Shown here one piece after another: positions 21,560 to 32,440 of a stretch of 64,000 nucleotides of DNA (its first letter is position 1; the number at the start of each line of letters is the position of its first letter). The position numbers and the translations under genes were made by a program. The notes under the pieces are model-generated. The model ran no database searches, was not told the DNA's origin, and worked only from the letters and a program-made list of their open reading frames with translations. This stretch comes from an uncultured delta proteobacterium (GTDB lineage Bacteria > Desulfobacterota > Binatia > UBA9968), in NCBI GenBank assembly GCA_963760795.1, contig CAVXEP010000009.1:1-64000 (forward strand), given 5' to 3'.

Positions 21560-22876
21560 TTAGACACTCAGGAGTTCGGTAAGCGCGGCGGCGCTATCGT
21601 TGAGCGTGGCATCTTCGCCGCGGTCTTGGCACAAGAAGGCACGAATCCGCGGCAGCAGTTCCAGGGCGCGGTCGACGTCGGCGTTGCGCCCTTTGGTATA
21701 GGCGCCGATCTGGATCAGATCCTCGGCATCGCGATAGGCCGCCATGATGCGGGTAAACTCGTTGACGGCACTCTGATGTTCGGCGGCGGTCACCTGTTTG
21801 CGCAAGCGGCTGACCGATGAGAGCACGTCGATGGCCGGGAATTGCCCCTGTTCGGCGAGCCGGCGCGACAGATGGATATGGCCGTCGCTGAGCGAGCGCA
21901 CGGCGTCGGCGATCGGTTCGTGGGGATCATCCCCTTCCATCAGTACGGTATAGAGCCCGGTGATACTGCCCTTGCCCTTCCAACTGCCGGCGCGTTCGAG
22001 CAACCGCGGCAAGAGCGCGAACACCGACGGCGTGTAACCTTTAGTCGACGGCGGCTCGCCGGCGGCAAGACCGGCTTCGCGCTGGGCCATGGCGAAACGG
22101 CTGAGCGAGTCCATTAACAACAAAACATGTTGGCCGCGGTCGCGAAAATATTCGGCAATAGCGGTGGCGATAAACGCGCCGCGCACGCGCACTAACGCCG
22201 GCGCTTCGGATGTGGCGGCGACCACGATCATGCGCTCGCGCTCCTCGGCCGGCAGTGTGCGGGTGACGAAGTCCTCGACTTCGCGGCCGCGCTCGCCGAT
22301 CAGCGCGATGATTTTCACATCGGCGCGGGTGTTGCGCGCGATCATCGATAGCAGCGTGCTCTTACCGACGCCGGCACCGGACATGATCGCCACCCGCTGG
22401 CCTCTGCCAAGGGTCACCAAAGCGTTGATCGCACGGATGCCGATATCGAGCGGTTCGCTAATCTCCTGGCGATCGAGCGGATTCGAATTGGCGACATAGA
22501 TGGGATAGGAATGCGCCGCGACGATGCCCTTGCCATCGATCGGTCGTCCCAAACCATCGAGCACGCGGCCCAATAGTTTTTCGCTGACCGGCAGATGCGC
22601 TTCCTTGGTGAGAGCGACGACCTTGCTGCCCGGACCGATGCCGCGCAGGTCGTTGAGCGGCATTAACAATATGCGTTCGTCGCGAAAGCCGACCACTTCG
22701 GCGAGCACCGGCTTGGCGCCGCCAGTCGGATAGATATGGCAAACCCCGCCGACGGGGAGCCATGGGCCGCGGCTGACAATCAACAGGCCGGTGATCTCGG
22801 TCACCGTGCCGCACAGACGATAAGGCGAAATCGACTTCAGCCGCTCGCGATACGGTGCCAGCAAGTTTTCTGTCAT
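21560..22876 (-). CDS. fliI: Flagellar export ATPase FliI
   Basis: GAGVGKS, LIGERGREV, MDSLSRFAMAQRE, PAIDVLSSVSR. Confidence 0.95.
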   Translation of the reverse strand: MTENLLAPYRERLKSISPYRLCGTVTEITGLLIVSRGPWLPVGGVCHIYPTGGAKPVLAEVVGFRDERILLMPLNDLRGIGPGSKVVALTKEAHLPVSEKLLGRVLDGLGRPIDGKGIVAAHSYPIYVANSNPLDRQEISEPLDIGIRAINALVTLGRGQRVAIMSGAGVGKSTLLSMIARNTRADVKIIALIGERGREVEDFVTRTLPAEERERMIVVAATSEAPALVRVRGAFIATAIAEYFRDRGQHVLLLMDSLSRFAMAQREAGLAAGEPPSTKGYTPSVFALLPRLLERAGSWKGKGSITGLYTVLMEGDDPHEPIADAVRSLSDGHIHLSRRLAEQGQFPAIDVLSSVSRLRKQVTAAEHQSAVNEFTRIMAAYRDAEDLIQIGAYTKGRNADVDRALELLPRIRAFLCQDRGEDATLNDSAAALTELLSV

Positions 22877-23097
22877 TGGTGTACGACCCTGGTTAATTGC
22901 CGCAGTTCTTCAGGTATCCCTGTGGATAGCCTGTCCCGGTTGCTGAAATTCCATTTACCGGAAAGGTCACGAAAAGCACGAAGGTCGGAGTTTAATTTAT
23001 CCAAACCCTTCATGACCTTCGTGGTGAGTATCATCTATGCCAAACTCAGAGGATCCAATGCAGCATTACAACAACGCACGCTTTTCTCGTCTTCGCT

Positions 23098-23823
23098 TTA
23101 CAGCTCAGTGTCCAAGAGCTGCCGGCGAATCTCATCGATCTGAGTCGGTAGGGTGGCATCGACGATACCCGATTCGGTCTCCAAGCGGCACCCGCCGCGG
23201 GCGATCTCGTCGCTGGCGACAATCTTGATGGTGCGTTTGCCGTCGCTGCCGATTTTGACCAAGTCCGGTCTGAGGTCAGCAAGCAACCGGTGGTCGGTCG
23301 GGTTGAGCCAGATGCGCAGCTGTTTGGCGTCTAGGGCCTCGTGTTTGGCGCGTTCGAGCACGGCGGCGACGATCTCGGCGTCGGCGTCGACCGCTTTGGC
23401 GATCACCTTGGCCGCGATCTCCAGCGCCAAATCAACGAGCTGCGGCGCGCAGCGCGACAGCAACTGTTCTTCGAAGGCAATCAGGGATTGGCCGGCGTTG
23501 GCCAACGCCGCTAGCGCCGGCAAGAGTTCCTGCATCGCCCGCTCGCGGTCCGCCACGGCGCTTTCGCGTGAGGCTTGCTGGCGCAGCGTGTCCGCTTGCA
23601 GCGCCGCCTGGGCGATGATCTCAGCGGCTTGTTCCTGAGCGGACTGAAGGATCCACCATGGCGCGAGCTCGAGCAGGTCGAGAGATTCTAACTCAAATCT
23701 GCGATAGTCCGTGTCAGCGTTACCGATCGGTGCCGGCGCCATTGTATCGCCGTCCAGATCCGCTTGGCGATAGAGGTTAACTTCCGCCGCCCGCAAGTCG
23801 TCGCGCGCCACCAGCCTAGACAA
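23098..23823 (-). CDS. fliH: Flagellar assembly protein FliH
   Basis: LALEIAAKVI..NPTD..GGCRLETESGIVDA, between fliG and fliI. TTG start inferred. Confidence 0.85.
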   Translation of the reverse strand: MSRLVARDDLRAAEVNLYRQADLDGDTMAPAPIGNADTDYRRFELESLDLLELAPWWILQSAQEQAAEIIAQAALQADTLRQQASRESAVADRERAMQELLPALAALANAGQSLIAFEEQLLSRCAPQLVDLALEIAAKVIAKAVDADAEIVAAVLERAKHEALDAKQLRIWLNPTDHRLLADLRPDLVKIGSDGKRTIKIVASDEIARGGCRLETESGIVDATLPTQIDEIRRQLLDTEL

Positions 23824-24844
23824 GCAGATCCTCCTTGGTCTTGCCGCTGGAGAGAAAAACTTTGCCCTCGCCTTCGAGTTGGCGCGCGCGGTCGATGACT
23901 TCGCGTTGGACAGCTTCAACGTCGCGCAGCCGCACCGGCCCCATGTTCTCGATTTCTTCTTTGAGCAAGGCACCGGCGCGCTCCGACATGTTGGCGAAGA
24001 GTTTCTTTTTGAGGGCGGGACTCGCCGTGCGCATGGCCATGACCCATTTGTCTTTTTCGATTTCCCGGACCAGCACCTGCATGCTGGCATCGTCGATTTT
24101 GCCCAAGTCTTCGAAGGTGAACATCAACTGGCGAATGCCGTCGGCTAACTGAGGTTCGTATTCGCCCAACCCAGCCATCACCCGCTCTTCAGTGGCTTTG
24201 TCGACAAAGTTTAAGATTTCCGCCACTGGGCGCACGCCGCCCACCTGCTTGCCCTGGACTTGGCGCACGGCGTTGCGCAGCACTTTGCTGATCTCCTCGA
24301 TGGCGCCCGGAGAGGTGCTACCGAGACTGGTAATGCGATAGGCGACCTCCGCCTGTTTGTCTTCCGAAAGCGTCCCGAAGACCTCGCCGGCATGGGCCGG
24401 GTAGAGGTGGGCTAACACAAAGGCGATGGTCTGCGGGTGTTCCTCTTGGAGAAACTGGCCGAGGACTTTAGCGTCCATCTCGTGCAGCGAATCGATGCCG
24501 TAGGATTCATCGCCTTCCTCGGTAAAAATACGGCTCAATACGGTCGCGGCCTTCTCCGCCCCCATCGCTTTGGTCAATACCCGTTGCAGATAATCGTTCG
24601 TCCCCTCAGCGAAGATATTGGCCTTCTTGAGAATCTTGCAGGTTTCTTCGAAGACCTCGTCGATATGCTCGGTTTCGATCTGCGCCATGCGATGGACGCC
24701 CTGGCGCAGCATGACAATCTCTTTTTCCTGCAACTCGCCGGCGATGGCGCCGGCGAGTTCTTCGCCGACCAAGGCCAAGAAAATCGCCGCCTTCTCGGGA
24801 CCGGTTAAAGTTGGTTTTTTCTTCGCTCTGCCGTCGTCAGCCAT
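23816..24844 (-). CDS. fliG: Flagellar motor switch protein FliG
   Basis: GPEKAAIFL, EEHPQTIA, MFTFEDL, MGPVRLRDVEAVQ. Confidence 0.95.
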   Translation of the reverse strand: MADDGRAKKKPTLTGPEKAAIFLALVGEELAGAIAGELQEKEIVMLRQGVHRMAQIETEHIDEVFEETCKILKKANIFAEGTNDYLQRVLTKAMGAEKAATVLSRIFTEEGDESYGIDSLHEMDAKVLGQFLQEEHPQTIAFVLAHLYPAHAGEVFGTLSEDKQAEVAYRITSLGSTSPGAIEEISKVLRNAVRQVQGKQVGGVRPVAEILNFVDKATEERVMAGLGEYEPQLADGIRQLMFTFEDLGKIDDASMQVLVREIEKDKWVMAMRTASPALKKKLFANMSERAGALLKEEIENMGPVRLRDVEAVQREVIDRARQLEGEGKVFLSSGKTKEDLLV

Positions 24845-24851
24845 ATTTCAA

Positions 24852-26483
24852 TTACGGGTTGGCAACGATGCCGCCACTAGCTGCGGCCGCACGGGCCTTC
24901 GCCGCGTCCTCTTGTAACCAGGTTCGAATGATCCGCACCGAGGCGTCATGATAGTCATGAGCGATCTGCGCCAACTGCTCTTTGCGCGGGTCTTCCGACA
25001 CGACGATCTTTTGCGCCGCCGCCGCCACTTCTTCCTGTATCGCCGCCGCGCTGGCGGGACGGTTCCGCGGCAGCGCGGCCATCGCCGCCGCCGGCTCGGC
25101 GGCGCTCGACGCCGGTTTTTTTCGCCGGAGCATGAAGAAGGCCAAGGTGCCCAGGACCAAGAGCGCGCCGCCGCCGGCGGCCATGCCCATTGGGGTTTGC
25201 GCCATATCCTTCAAGGTCGGTGCAACCAGCGGATTGAGCGGGCTCGCCGGTTGGATCTTAAACGGCACATTGGCGATTTCGATCTCATCGCCGCGATCGG
25301 TGTCAAAGCCGACGGCGCGCTTGACGATGCTCTTGATGACTTCCATCTCTGCGGCGCTGCGCGCGATATACTTTTGGTTGTCATATTTGCCGTCGACCAT
25401 GACGGCCACCGACAGCTTCTGGATCTGGCCGCGCGGCTCCATGATCCGGCTGGTGGTGTGCCCGACTTCGTAGGTGATCATCTCGCTGCTGCGTTTCGCG
25501 CCGCCGTCATTGGCTTTGGTGGCGTCGCCGCCGGGCACGTTAGCTTGCACGCCGGGATTGCCGCCCTTGGCGCCACTGTCGTCGCTCGATTGGCGCTGGC
25601 TGCGCACGACTTTATTGTCCGGATCGAACTCCTCTTTAGTCATCAGGGTTTCCTGAAGACTGACCTGCACGTTGGCGCGGACAATCACTTTGCCGGCGCC
25701 CAGCACCGGGTCGAGCATGGTTTCAACCCGCCGTTGCAACTCGGCTTCATGCTTGAGCTTGAGCGCATTGACTTTCTCCGCCTCGGTGCTGGCCACGGCC
25801 ACGACGATTTCTTTGAGCGGACGCCCCGAGCCATCGATGACCGTGACCTTGTCGCTGCTGAGCTTGGGCACCGAACCGGCGACCAAATTGACAATACCCT
25901 GAACCTGATCGGGACTGAGATGGTAACCAGGCCGCAGTTCGACCACCACCGACGCCGACGGTTTCTCTTCCGGACCGAGAAAATTTGTCCGCGACGGGAT
26001 CGCCAGGTGGATCCGGCTCGACTGCACCGCGGTGATCGAATTGATCGTCCGCGATAGTTCGCCTTGCTGGGCGCGCAAGTAATTCACCTGCTGGGTAAAT
26101 TCGCTGGCGCCGAACTGGTTTTTTTCAAAGATCTCAAAACCAACGCCGCCACCGGCCGGAATGCCTTTGCCGGCGAGCTTCAAACGCGTCTGGTACAGCA
26201 CGCCGCGCGGCACTTCGATGACCGTGCCGCCATTGGTGATCGCGTACGGTATCTTCGCGGCATCGAGTTCCTTGACCACGGCAGAACCGTCCTGAGGGGC
26301 TAAATTGGTGTAGAGCGGCCCGTAATTCATCTGCTCGAAGGCGAACATGCCGGCGTAGCCAAGCGCGCCGAAGACCGGTAGACCGATGAAGATCAGCCGT
26401 TTCTGCTGCGGCGTGAGAAACGCCAGCAGGCGGGCCAGCATTTGGCGCAGGTCGCCGAGAAATTTTTCCAGTTGTTCAGGCAC
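24852..26483 (-). CDS. fliF: Flagellar MS-ring protein FliF
   Basis: GVGFEIF..YLRAQQGELSRTI..PSASVVV..LSVAVMVDG, two TM segments. Confidence 0.95.
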   Translation of the reverse strand: MPEQLEKFLGDLRQMLARLLAFLTPQQKRLIFIGLPVFGALGYAGMFAFEQMNYGPLYTNLAPQDGSAVVKELDAAKIPYAITNGGTVIEVPRGVLYQTRLKLAGKGIPAGGGVGFEIFEKNQFGASEFTQQVNYLRAQQGELSRTINSITAVQSSRIHLAIPSRTNFLGPEEKPSASVVVELRPGYHLSPDQVQGIVNLVAGSVPKLSSDKVTVIDGSGRPLKEIVVAVASTEAEKVNALKLKHEAELQRRVETMLDPVLGAGKVIVRANVQVSLQETLMTKEEFDPDNKVVRSQRQSSDDSGAKGGNPGVQANVPGGDATKANDGGAKRSSEMITYEVGHTTSRIMEPRGQIQKLSVAVMVDGKYDNQKYIARSAAEMEVIKSIVKRAVGFDTDRGDEIEIANVPFKIQPASPLNPLVAPTLKDMAQTPMGMAAGGGALLVLGTLAFFMLRRKKPASSAAEPAAAMAALPRNRPASAAAIQEEVAAAAQKIVVSEDPRKEQLAQIAHDYHDASVRIIRTWLQEDAAKARAAAASGGIVANP

Positions 26484-26504
26484 GAATCATCTCACCTGTA
26501 ATAA

Positions 26505-26680
26505 ATTCAAAACAAAATCCGAATTTCGAAAGAAGCCCCGCGGACCGAAACAAATTCAAATGAACAAAATAGGTAAACTCCCAACAAGCTTCCTTCGGAT
26601 TCCGAGTTTTAGACTTTGCCGATTTGAGATTTATTTGTCTCGGAGTTTGTTTCGGATTTCGGGTTTTCATTTGATTTTCA
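26505..26680. repeat. AT-rich imperfect palindromic (MITE-like) intergenic element
   Basis: aaatccgaatttcgaaa..ccgaaacaaattc versus gagtttgtttcggatttcgggtttt. Confidence 0.6.
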
Positions 26681-26688
26681 GCATTGAA

Positions 26689-26988
26689 TCACACCTGCAT
26701 GCGCATGATCTCCTGGTAGGCGTCGAGGACTTTATTACGGATTTGCATCATCAGTTTGAAGGATACGTCCGCCTTCTCGAGGGCGATCATGGTTTCCTGG
26801 AGATCGCCCTTGCCCTCGCCGACCATTTGTTGAATCGACTGATTGGCTTTCGCCTGCAACTCGCCGACTTCGCCCATGGCGTTCTTGAGCACATTGTTGA
26901 AGTCGCCCTTGGCCGGCTCATCGAGATTCTTAGCGTTGGCGAGGGGCGCCGGACGATAAACTAGATCGACGTTTTTGACGATACTCAT
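26689..26988 (-). CDS. fliE: Hook-basal body protein FliE
   Basis: EKADVSFKLMMQIRNKVLDAYQEIMRMQV. Confidence 0.95.
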   Translation of the reverse strand: MSIVKNVDLVYRPAPLANAKNLDEPAKGDFNNVLKNAMGEVGELQAKANQSIQQMVGEGKGDLQETMIALEKADVSFKLMMQIRNKVLDAYQEIMRMQV

Positions 26989-27022
26989 GGCGATGGTTGC
27001 TCCTTAAACAAAGACTTCGCGG

Positions 27023-27472
27023 TTACTGGGTTCGGCCGAGATCCAGGATTTTTCGAATCAAGGCTTTGGTGCTGTTGAATGCCGACAGATTGGCTTCGTA
27101 AGAGCGCACCGCTGAGAGCATGTCGACCATTTCTTCAATTGGGTTGATATCCGGCAGCGCGACATAACCCTCGCCGCTGGCATCGGGATGGCTGGGATCG
27201 AAGATTTGGCGCGGCGGCCGGTTGCTCTGCTTGACACCGACCACCTCCACGCCCTGGGCGCGCTCTCGATCCGCGGCGATGTCATTGAGTTCGTCGGTAA
27301 ATTCACCGGGGGGCGGCGCCGCCTGAAAAATGATGTCGCGGCGGCGGTAGGGGCCACCGTCGACGGTGCGCGTCGATTCGCTATTGGCCAAGTTGCCAGC
27401 GACCACGCTCATCCGGCTCTTCTGGGCGGCCATGCCGGAGCCGCTGATGGAGAATATTTTAAACAGATCCAT
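27023..27472 (-). CDS. flgC: Basal-body rod protein FlgC
   Basis: ISGSGMAAQ..NLANSES..GPYRRR..DPSHPDA..RSYEAN. Confidence 0.95.
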   Translation of the reverse strand: MDLFKIFSISGSGMAAQKSRMSVVAGNLANSESTRTVDGGPYRRRDIIFQAAPPPGEFTDELNDIAADRERAQGVEVVGVKQSNRPPRQIFDPSHPDASGEGYVALPDINPIEEMVDMLSAVRSYEANLSAFNSTKALIRKILDLGRTQ

Positions 27473-27474
27473 GA

Positions 27475-27903
27475 TTACCTTCTTCCTTCGCCGATGGCGT
27501 AGCGTAGCCCTGCCAGCGCCCGCGACAACAGAGTTAGGGAGGTTTCGTAAGCCAGCGAGTTTTCGGTGATCAGCGCCATTTGCCGATCGATGCTGACCGC
27601 GTTGCCGTCGAGCCGGTCTTCGCCGTGGCGGCTATCGGGATACTCCGGCTCGTAAATCGCCGACTGTAGGTCCAGCCCGGCGGTGGCTGATGCGGCGCCG
27701 CGCTGGGGAGTTTCGCCGGAGCCTAGGGCGCCGCTCTCCGCGGCGGAGCGCATCGCGGCGTTGAATTCCAAATCGCGCGGCCGGTAACCGGGGGTATCGG
27801 CGTTGGCGATGTTGGCACTGAGCACTTCATGACGCGCCGCGCGCCCGCGCAGAGACAACTCAAGTAACCGATGCGTCGAATCGAAAAGCCTTAGTCCGGC
27901 CAT
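27475..27903 (-). CDS. flgB: Basal-body rod protein FlgB
   Basis: NIANADTPGY..DGNAVSID. Confidence 0.95.
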   Translation of the reverse strand: MAGLRLFDSTHRLLELSLRGRAARHEVLSANIANADTPGYRPRDLEFNAAMRSAAESGALGSGETPQRGAASATAGLDLQSAIYEPEYPDSRHGEDRLDGNAVSIDRQMALITENSLAYETSLTLLSRALAGLRYAIGEGRR

Positions 27904-27904
27904 T

Positions 27905-29290
27905 TCATGCCTCCACCAATTGGATTCGTTCGCGATAACTCTTCAACTTGTTACGCAGCGTGCGCACGCTGATACCCAATAACTTGGCCGCCTGCGTGCG
28001 GTTATTGTTGGCTTGCTTGAGGGTTTGAAAAATCAGTTGTTCTTCCATCTCGCGCACCGAGCGTTGCCGGCTGCCAGCGTATTCCTGGCTCGCCCGTGGC
28101 AGCGCACTCTCGGCAACCGGCCAGGTGTCAGACAGCGCCGCCGCCGGAGCGGCAATCCGGCTCCACGACGGCAGTTCATCTTCGAGGAGTAAGTGCTCCG
28201 GTAAGATCGCGCCATCTTCGGCCATGATCGCGGCCCGTTCGAGCACGTTAAACAGCTCGCGCACGTTGCCGCGCCAGGGATTCTCTTCCAACCGCGCCAA
28301 AGTCGACGGCGCTAAGGACAGCCCCGGATAACCGCGCTTGGAGAAAAAGGCCGCTGCCAGCGGCGCGATGTCATCGAGCCGTTCGCGCAGCGGAAAAATC
28401 CGCGTCGGCACGACGTTGATGCGGTAAAACAAGTCCTCGCGAAAACTGCCGGCGCGAATCATTTCGCGGAGCTCCCGATTGGTCGTGGAAATCACCCGAA
28501 TATCGATCGGCAGCGGCCTCTTGCCTCCCAACCGGTCGACCTCCCGTTCCTGCAGGACGCGCAAGAGCTTAGCCTGCAGCGCGAGCGGCATTTCGCTGAT
28601 CTCGTCGAGCAGCAAGGTGCCGTCATGGGCGAGTTCGAATTTTCCCGCCTTGCCGGTAACCGCGCCGGTAAAAGCGCCGCGCTCGTAACCGAACAGCTCG
28701 GACTCCAAGAGCCCCTCGGGCAACGCCGCGCAATTGACCGCGACAAAGGGGCCGGCATGGCGCCGGCTATGGCTGTGCAGATAGCGCGCCAACAGTTCCT
28801 TGCCCGTGCCGCTTTCGCCTTGGATCAGGATCGAAGCGTGGGACTTGGCTATCTGACGGGCAAATTCGAGCAAGGCTTGCATGCGCGGGTTGGTGGTGAC
28901 GAACTCGTCGGCGGCGCGCCCGCTCGAGCTATCGGCGATTTTGCCCGCCAGGGCCGTTTCGACTAGCGAAATCAATTCACGGTGCGAAAACGGCTTGACG
29001 AGGAAATCATATGCCCCCAGTTTCATGGCATCGACGGCTTGCGGCACGGTGGCAAAACCGCTGATGAGAATGAATCGCAGCTGCTGGAAGCGCTTTAATA
29101 ACTCGAGGCCGCTCAACCCCGGCATGCGCACGTCGCTGATGACCAGATCGGCGCCCTCGCGGAGCAAGTGTGCTTGGGCCTCGTCGCCATTGGCAAAAAT
29201 TTCTACCTCATGGCCGAGGCCGCCGAGCGCCTCGCTTAGCGCCACGCGCATGGTCGGGTCGTCGTCGACGATGGCGATACGCTTCAACAT
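27905..29290 (-). CDS. sigma54-dependent response regulator (FleR/FlgR-like; REC-AAA+-HTH)
   Basis: IVDDD/SDVRMP receiver, GESGTGKE, GAFTGA, Fis-type HTH. Confidence 0.92.
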   Translation of the reverse strand: MLKRIAIVDDDPTMRVALSEALGGLGHEVEIFANGDEAQAHLLREGADLVISDVRMPGLSGLELLKRFQQLRFILISGFATVPQAVDAMKLGAYDFLVKPFSHRELISLVETALAGKIADSSSGRAADEFVTTNPRMQALLEFARQIAKSHASILIQGESGTGKELLARYLHSHSRRHAGPFVAVNCAALPEGLLESELFGYERGAFTGAVTGKAGKFELAHDGTLLLDEISEMPLALQAKLLRVLQEREVDRLGGKRPLPIDIRVISTTNRELREMIRAGSFREDLFYRINVVPTRIFPLRERLDDIAPLAAAFFSKRGYPGLSLAPSTLARLEENPWRGNVRELFNVLERAAIMAEDGAILPEHLLLEDELPSWSRIAAPAAALSDTWPVAESALPRASQEYAGSRQRSVREMEEQLIFQTLKQANNNRTQAAKLLGISVRTLRNKLKSYRERIQLVEA

Positions 29291-30526
29291 GCGGCGGCAA
29301 TCTCCTCGGCGGCTGCCAAACCAATGGTAAATTCACTGCCTGTCTGCGGCGCTGAGGCGATTTCGATGGAGCCGCGGTGAGCGCTGATAATCTTATGGGC
29401 GAATGCCAATCCCAGGCCGGTTCCCTGGCTCTTGGTGCTGAAAAACGGATCAAAAATGTGCTCGCGATTTTCCGCCGCGATGCCGACGCCGTGATCCCGC
29501 ACCTTGATTTCAACGGCCTTGTGGATCTGCCCGTTGAGCGTCGCGAACGGTGACAGCCGCGCCTTCAAGCAGACCCGGCCGCCCTTGGGCATCGCTTCCT
29601 TGGCGTTAACAATAAAGTTGACCAACGCTTGCACGAGCAGACCGCGATCGCCCCACACCGGCGGCAGATCGCGCTCGATGTCGACAACGATGGACCACGC
29701 GGGATCGTCGAACAGAGCGACGCACTCTTGCAAAACATCTTTCATCAGGGTGGCAACCGATAAAACATCCGATGCGATCGCCGGCTCCGCGGCGAACGCC
29801 AACAGCTTGGACACCGTCGTCGACAGACGTCGAGTAGCGCCGAGAATTTCACCGGCGAGCCGTTGCGAGTCGCCTGTTGATTTTTCCTTCAAGAGCGAGG
29901 CGCACAGCTCGATGCCGCCAAGGGGATTTTTCACTTGATGCGCCAACTCGGATGCCATCATGCCGAGGGAAGCCAACCGGCGCGTGCGCGCCGCCTCCGC
30001 CTCCATGCGCTTCAACGATCGTGACATCTTGAAAGACCAGCACATAATGACTTGCCGGATCGCCGGTGGCGACCTCGGCGACGGAGAAATGCACCGGCAC
30101 CATCGCACCGTCCGGTCCCTGGACTACTTTTTCGCATTCGAAAGGCAGAAAACAGTTGTCACCGCCCTGGAGACTAGCGACCAATTTGTCGCCCAGCCAT
30201 TGGCGGATGCGCTGGTCGTTGACCTTGCCGGCGAGCTCGGTCAGACGGCGATTGACGAAGGTTGGATGAAGTTCGTGGTCGAGCACGGCGACCCCGCCCT
30301 TGAGACTCTCGAGCACCGAAAGTAAGTACGCCCGCGCTTGTTCACGCGCTTGCAAACTTTTCTCGAGCTCGCGATTCTTTACCTCCAACTGATTTTTTAG
30401 GTAATCGAGGCGCGCCTCAAGCCGGCGATACTCGTCGATCAGTTCCACGCTGTTGTGGTTGAACCAGCCGATCAAGCTGTTGAGCGATTCGACATTCCCT
30501 GCGGGATCGGCCATCGGCGTTACCAT
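29284..30526 (-). CDS. Sensor histidine kinase (FleS/FlgS-like), frameshift near 30015
   Basis: LAHQVKNPLGG H-box, DHGVG, FFSTK, GTGLGL, PAS-like N-terminal part. AGGAG precedes the ATG at 30526. Confidence 0.88.
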
Positions 30527-30581
30527 GGAGTTACTCCTGTGAGAATTTATGATCGTTCCAGGCGTCATTATTTCACCGTTG

Positions 30582-30597
30582 AGCAAGCGTAATGCCA
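30582..30597 (-). promoter_or_regulatory. sigma54 promoter for the kinase-regulator-flgB operon
   Basis: TGGCAT-TACGC-TTGCT. Confidence 0.8.
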
Positions 30598-30639
30598 GTG
30601 GATACTGTAACTGGATACGCGGCTAGATCGCCGACTTTG

Positions 30640-31781
30640 CTAGGCTTCCGCCGGCATGGGCACTGGCAAATTCCAGTTGGGAAAGAGCGGCGCCGTCAAT
30701 GAAATATTTGCCTCCGTCAGTTTCTCGACAGTCTCTGGGCGCACCGCGGCGCTGCGCGCCGATTGCAGCATGCCCTTCTTGCGCAGCCGTTCGATGAAAG
30801 TCGTGCGGTTCAAGCGCAACAGTTCGGCGGCCATGGTTTTGTTGCCGCGCGCGCGTTCGAGCGCCCGCTCAATAAAGCCGTTCTCGATTTTCTCCAGAAC
30901 ACCGTCGAGATCGACGCCATCGGAAGGCAACGCTATCTGCGTCGCCTGCTGATGCTGCGGCACGCGCGTTATTGAGAATGTAGTCGGGCAGATCGCTCGG
31001 ACGGATGACCCCATCGTCGTTGAGCACCACCAAGCGCTCGACCAAGTTTTCCAGCTCGCGGACGTTGCCCGGCCAGCTGTAGCGCTCCAGCGCGCTCATG
31101 GCGGCGTTTTCGACCTGCAAGATTTTTTTGTTTTTCCGGCGCCCTTGCACATCCAGGAAATAACCGATCAACAGAGCGACATCGCCCTCCCGTTCGCGCA
31201 GCGATGGCAACTCCAGAGGCAGGACGTTCAAGCGATAGAACAAATCTTCGCGAAACCGTCCCTCATGCACGGCGAGCCGCAGATCGCGATGGGTCGCGGT
31301 CACCACCCGAACGTCAACTTGCACCGCGTGGTCGCTGCCCACCGGTTCGCACTCGTGTTCCTGCAAGACGCGCAGGAGCTTGACCTGAAGCTTTGGGCTC
31401 ATCTCGCCGATCTCATCGAGAAATAGCGTGCCGCCGTTGGCGAGTTGGAAACGGCCCTGGCGGCCATTTACGGCGCCGGTAAATGCGCCGCGCACATGGC
31501 CGAACAATTCACTCTCCAACAATTCTTCCGGAATCGCGCCGCAATTCACTGGAACGAATGCTTGCTCGCGGCGGCAGCTCAAGTTGTGGATCGCCCGCGC
31601 TGCGAGCTCCTTACCCGTGCCGCTCTCACCCGTGATCAACACGGTGGAATCGTTCGCCGCAACTCTCGCGATCAAGGCCCGCGCCATACCCATGCGTGGG
31701 CTGGCACCGATCAATTGATTGGCCAGGTCATGTAAGCCTTGCGGCGCGCGCCGTAGCCTCGAGCCTAGTTTCTAAGTGCAT
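30640..31781 (-). CDS. sigma54 enhancer-binding protein lacking an N-terminal sensor domain (frameshifted)
   Basis: GESGTGKE, GAFTGA, WPGNVRELEN in 30869-31714 and an HTH in 30640-31014. RBS and ATG at 31781. Confidence 0.85.
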
Positions 31782-31835
31782 CGTCTCTCCTTCACCATCA
31801 TTGGGGTTAAGATTGCGCATTCCTTCGGGTCATTG

Positions 31836-31851
31836 AGCAATGCCAGTGCCA
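31836..31851 (-). promoter_or_regulatory. sigma54 promoter
   Basis: TGGCAC-TGGCA-TTGCT, a consensus match. Confidence 0.85.
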
Positions 31852-32440
31852 GTTCTGCAATTCTGCGAAAAACCGTTGCTAACACGTTGGAATCACGTTC
31901 GAATCGTCGATCTATTGACGGCACTGGGCAAATCTTTCCAGGCGTCGAAAAATTAACGCTTTGGGCTTTGGCGCTAAAATATTGGCGCTAAAATTTTCGC
32001 CGCCATGGCCGGCGATCAGGTTCAGTTAGAGGGATAGAAACGAAATCGCCGCGCTATTTCGCCGCAAGTGTCGACAAGCGAACGCGACCAACGATCGAAT
32101 CTTGACGCAGTGCCATGGCGGCGCCGACTGGCAGATCGACGAACGCGCTATCGCGGCGCCGGAAACGCGCCGCTACGCCGATGTCGCTGTCAACATTCCC
32201 ACCTGCGATTGGTAGGACTCGGAGCTTGGCCGGATACCGCAGCACCAGTTTCTCTCGCAGAATCAATCCGCTGGACTGACTTGGCCGATTAATCGAGACG
32301 AGTGCCGATGCCAAATGCTAAAGCCGCCGCCGTATGTCCGTGGGAAGCTCGGAAAATTACCGCAAATAGGTACAGGCTTTACCCGATAGTGCGTTCGCGG
32401 CCATTCAGTGTAATATTCATAGTCAAACCGGTCTGATAAA

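Noticed and set aside
21560-26483. Non-flagellar type III injectisome
   Set aside because: flgB, flgC, fliE, flgD, flgE and cheY identify it as flagellar.
32054-32314. 86-aa ORF between the two sigma54 activators
   Set aside because: No motif or homology that I can recognise, so it is not supported as a gene.
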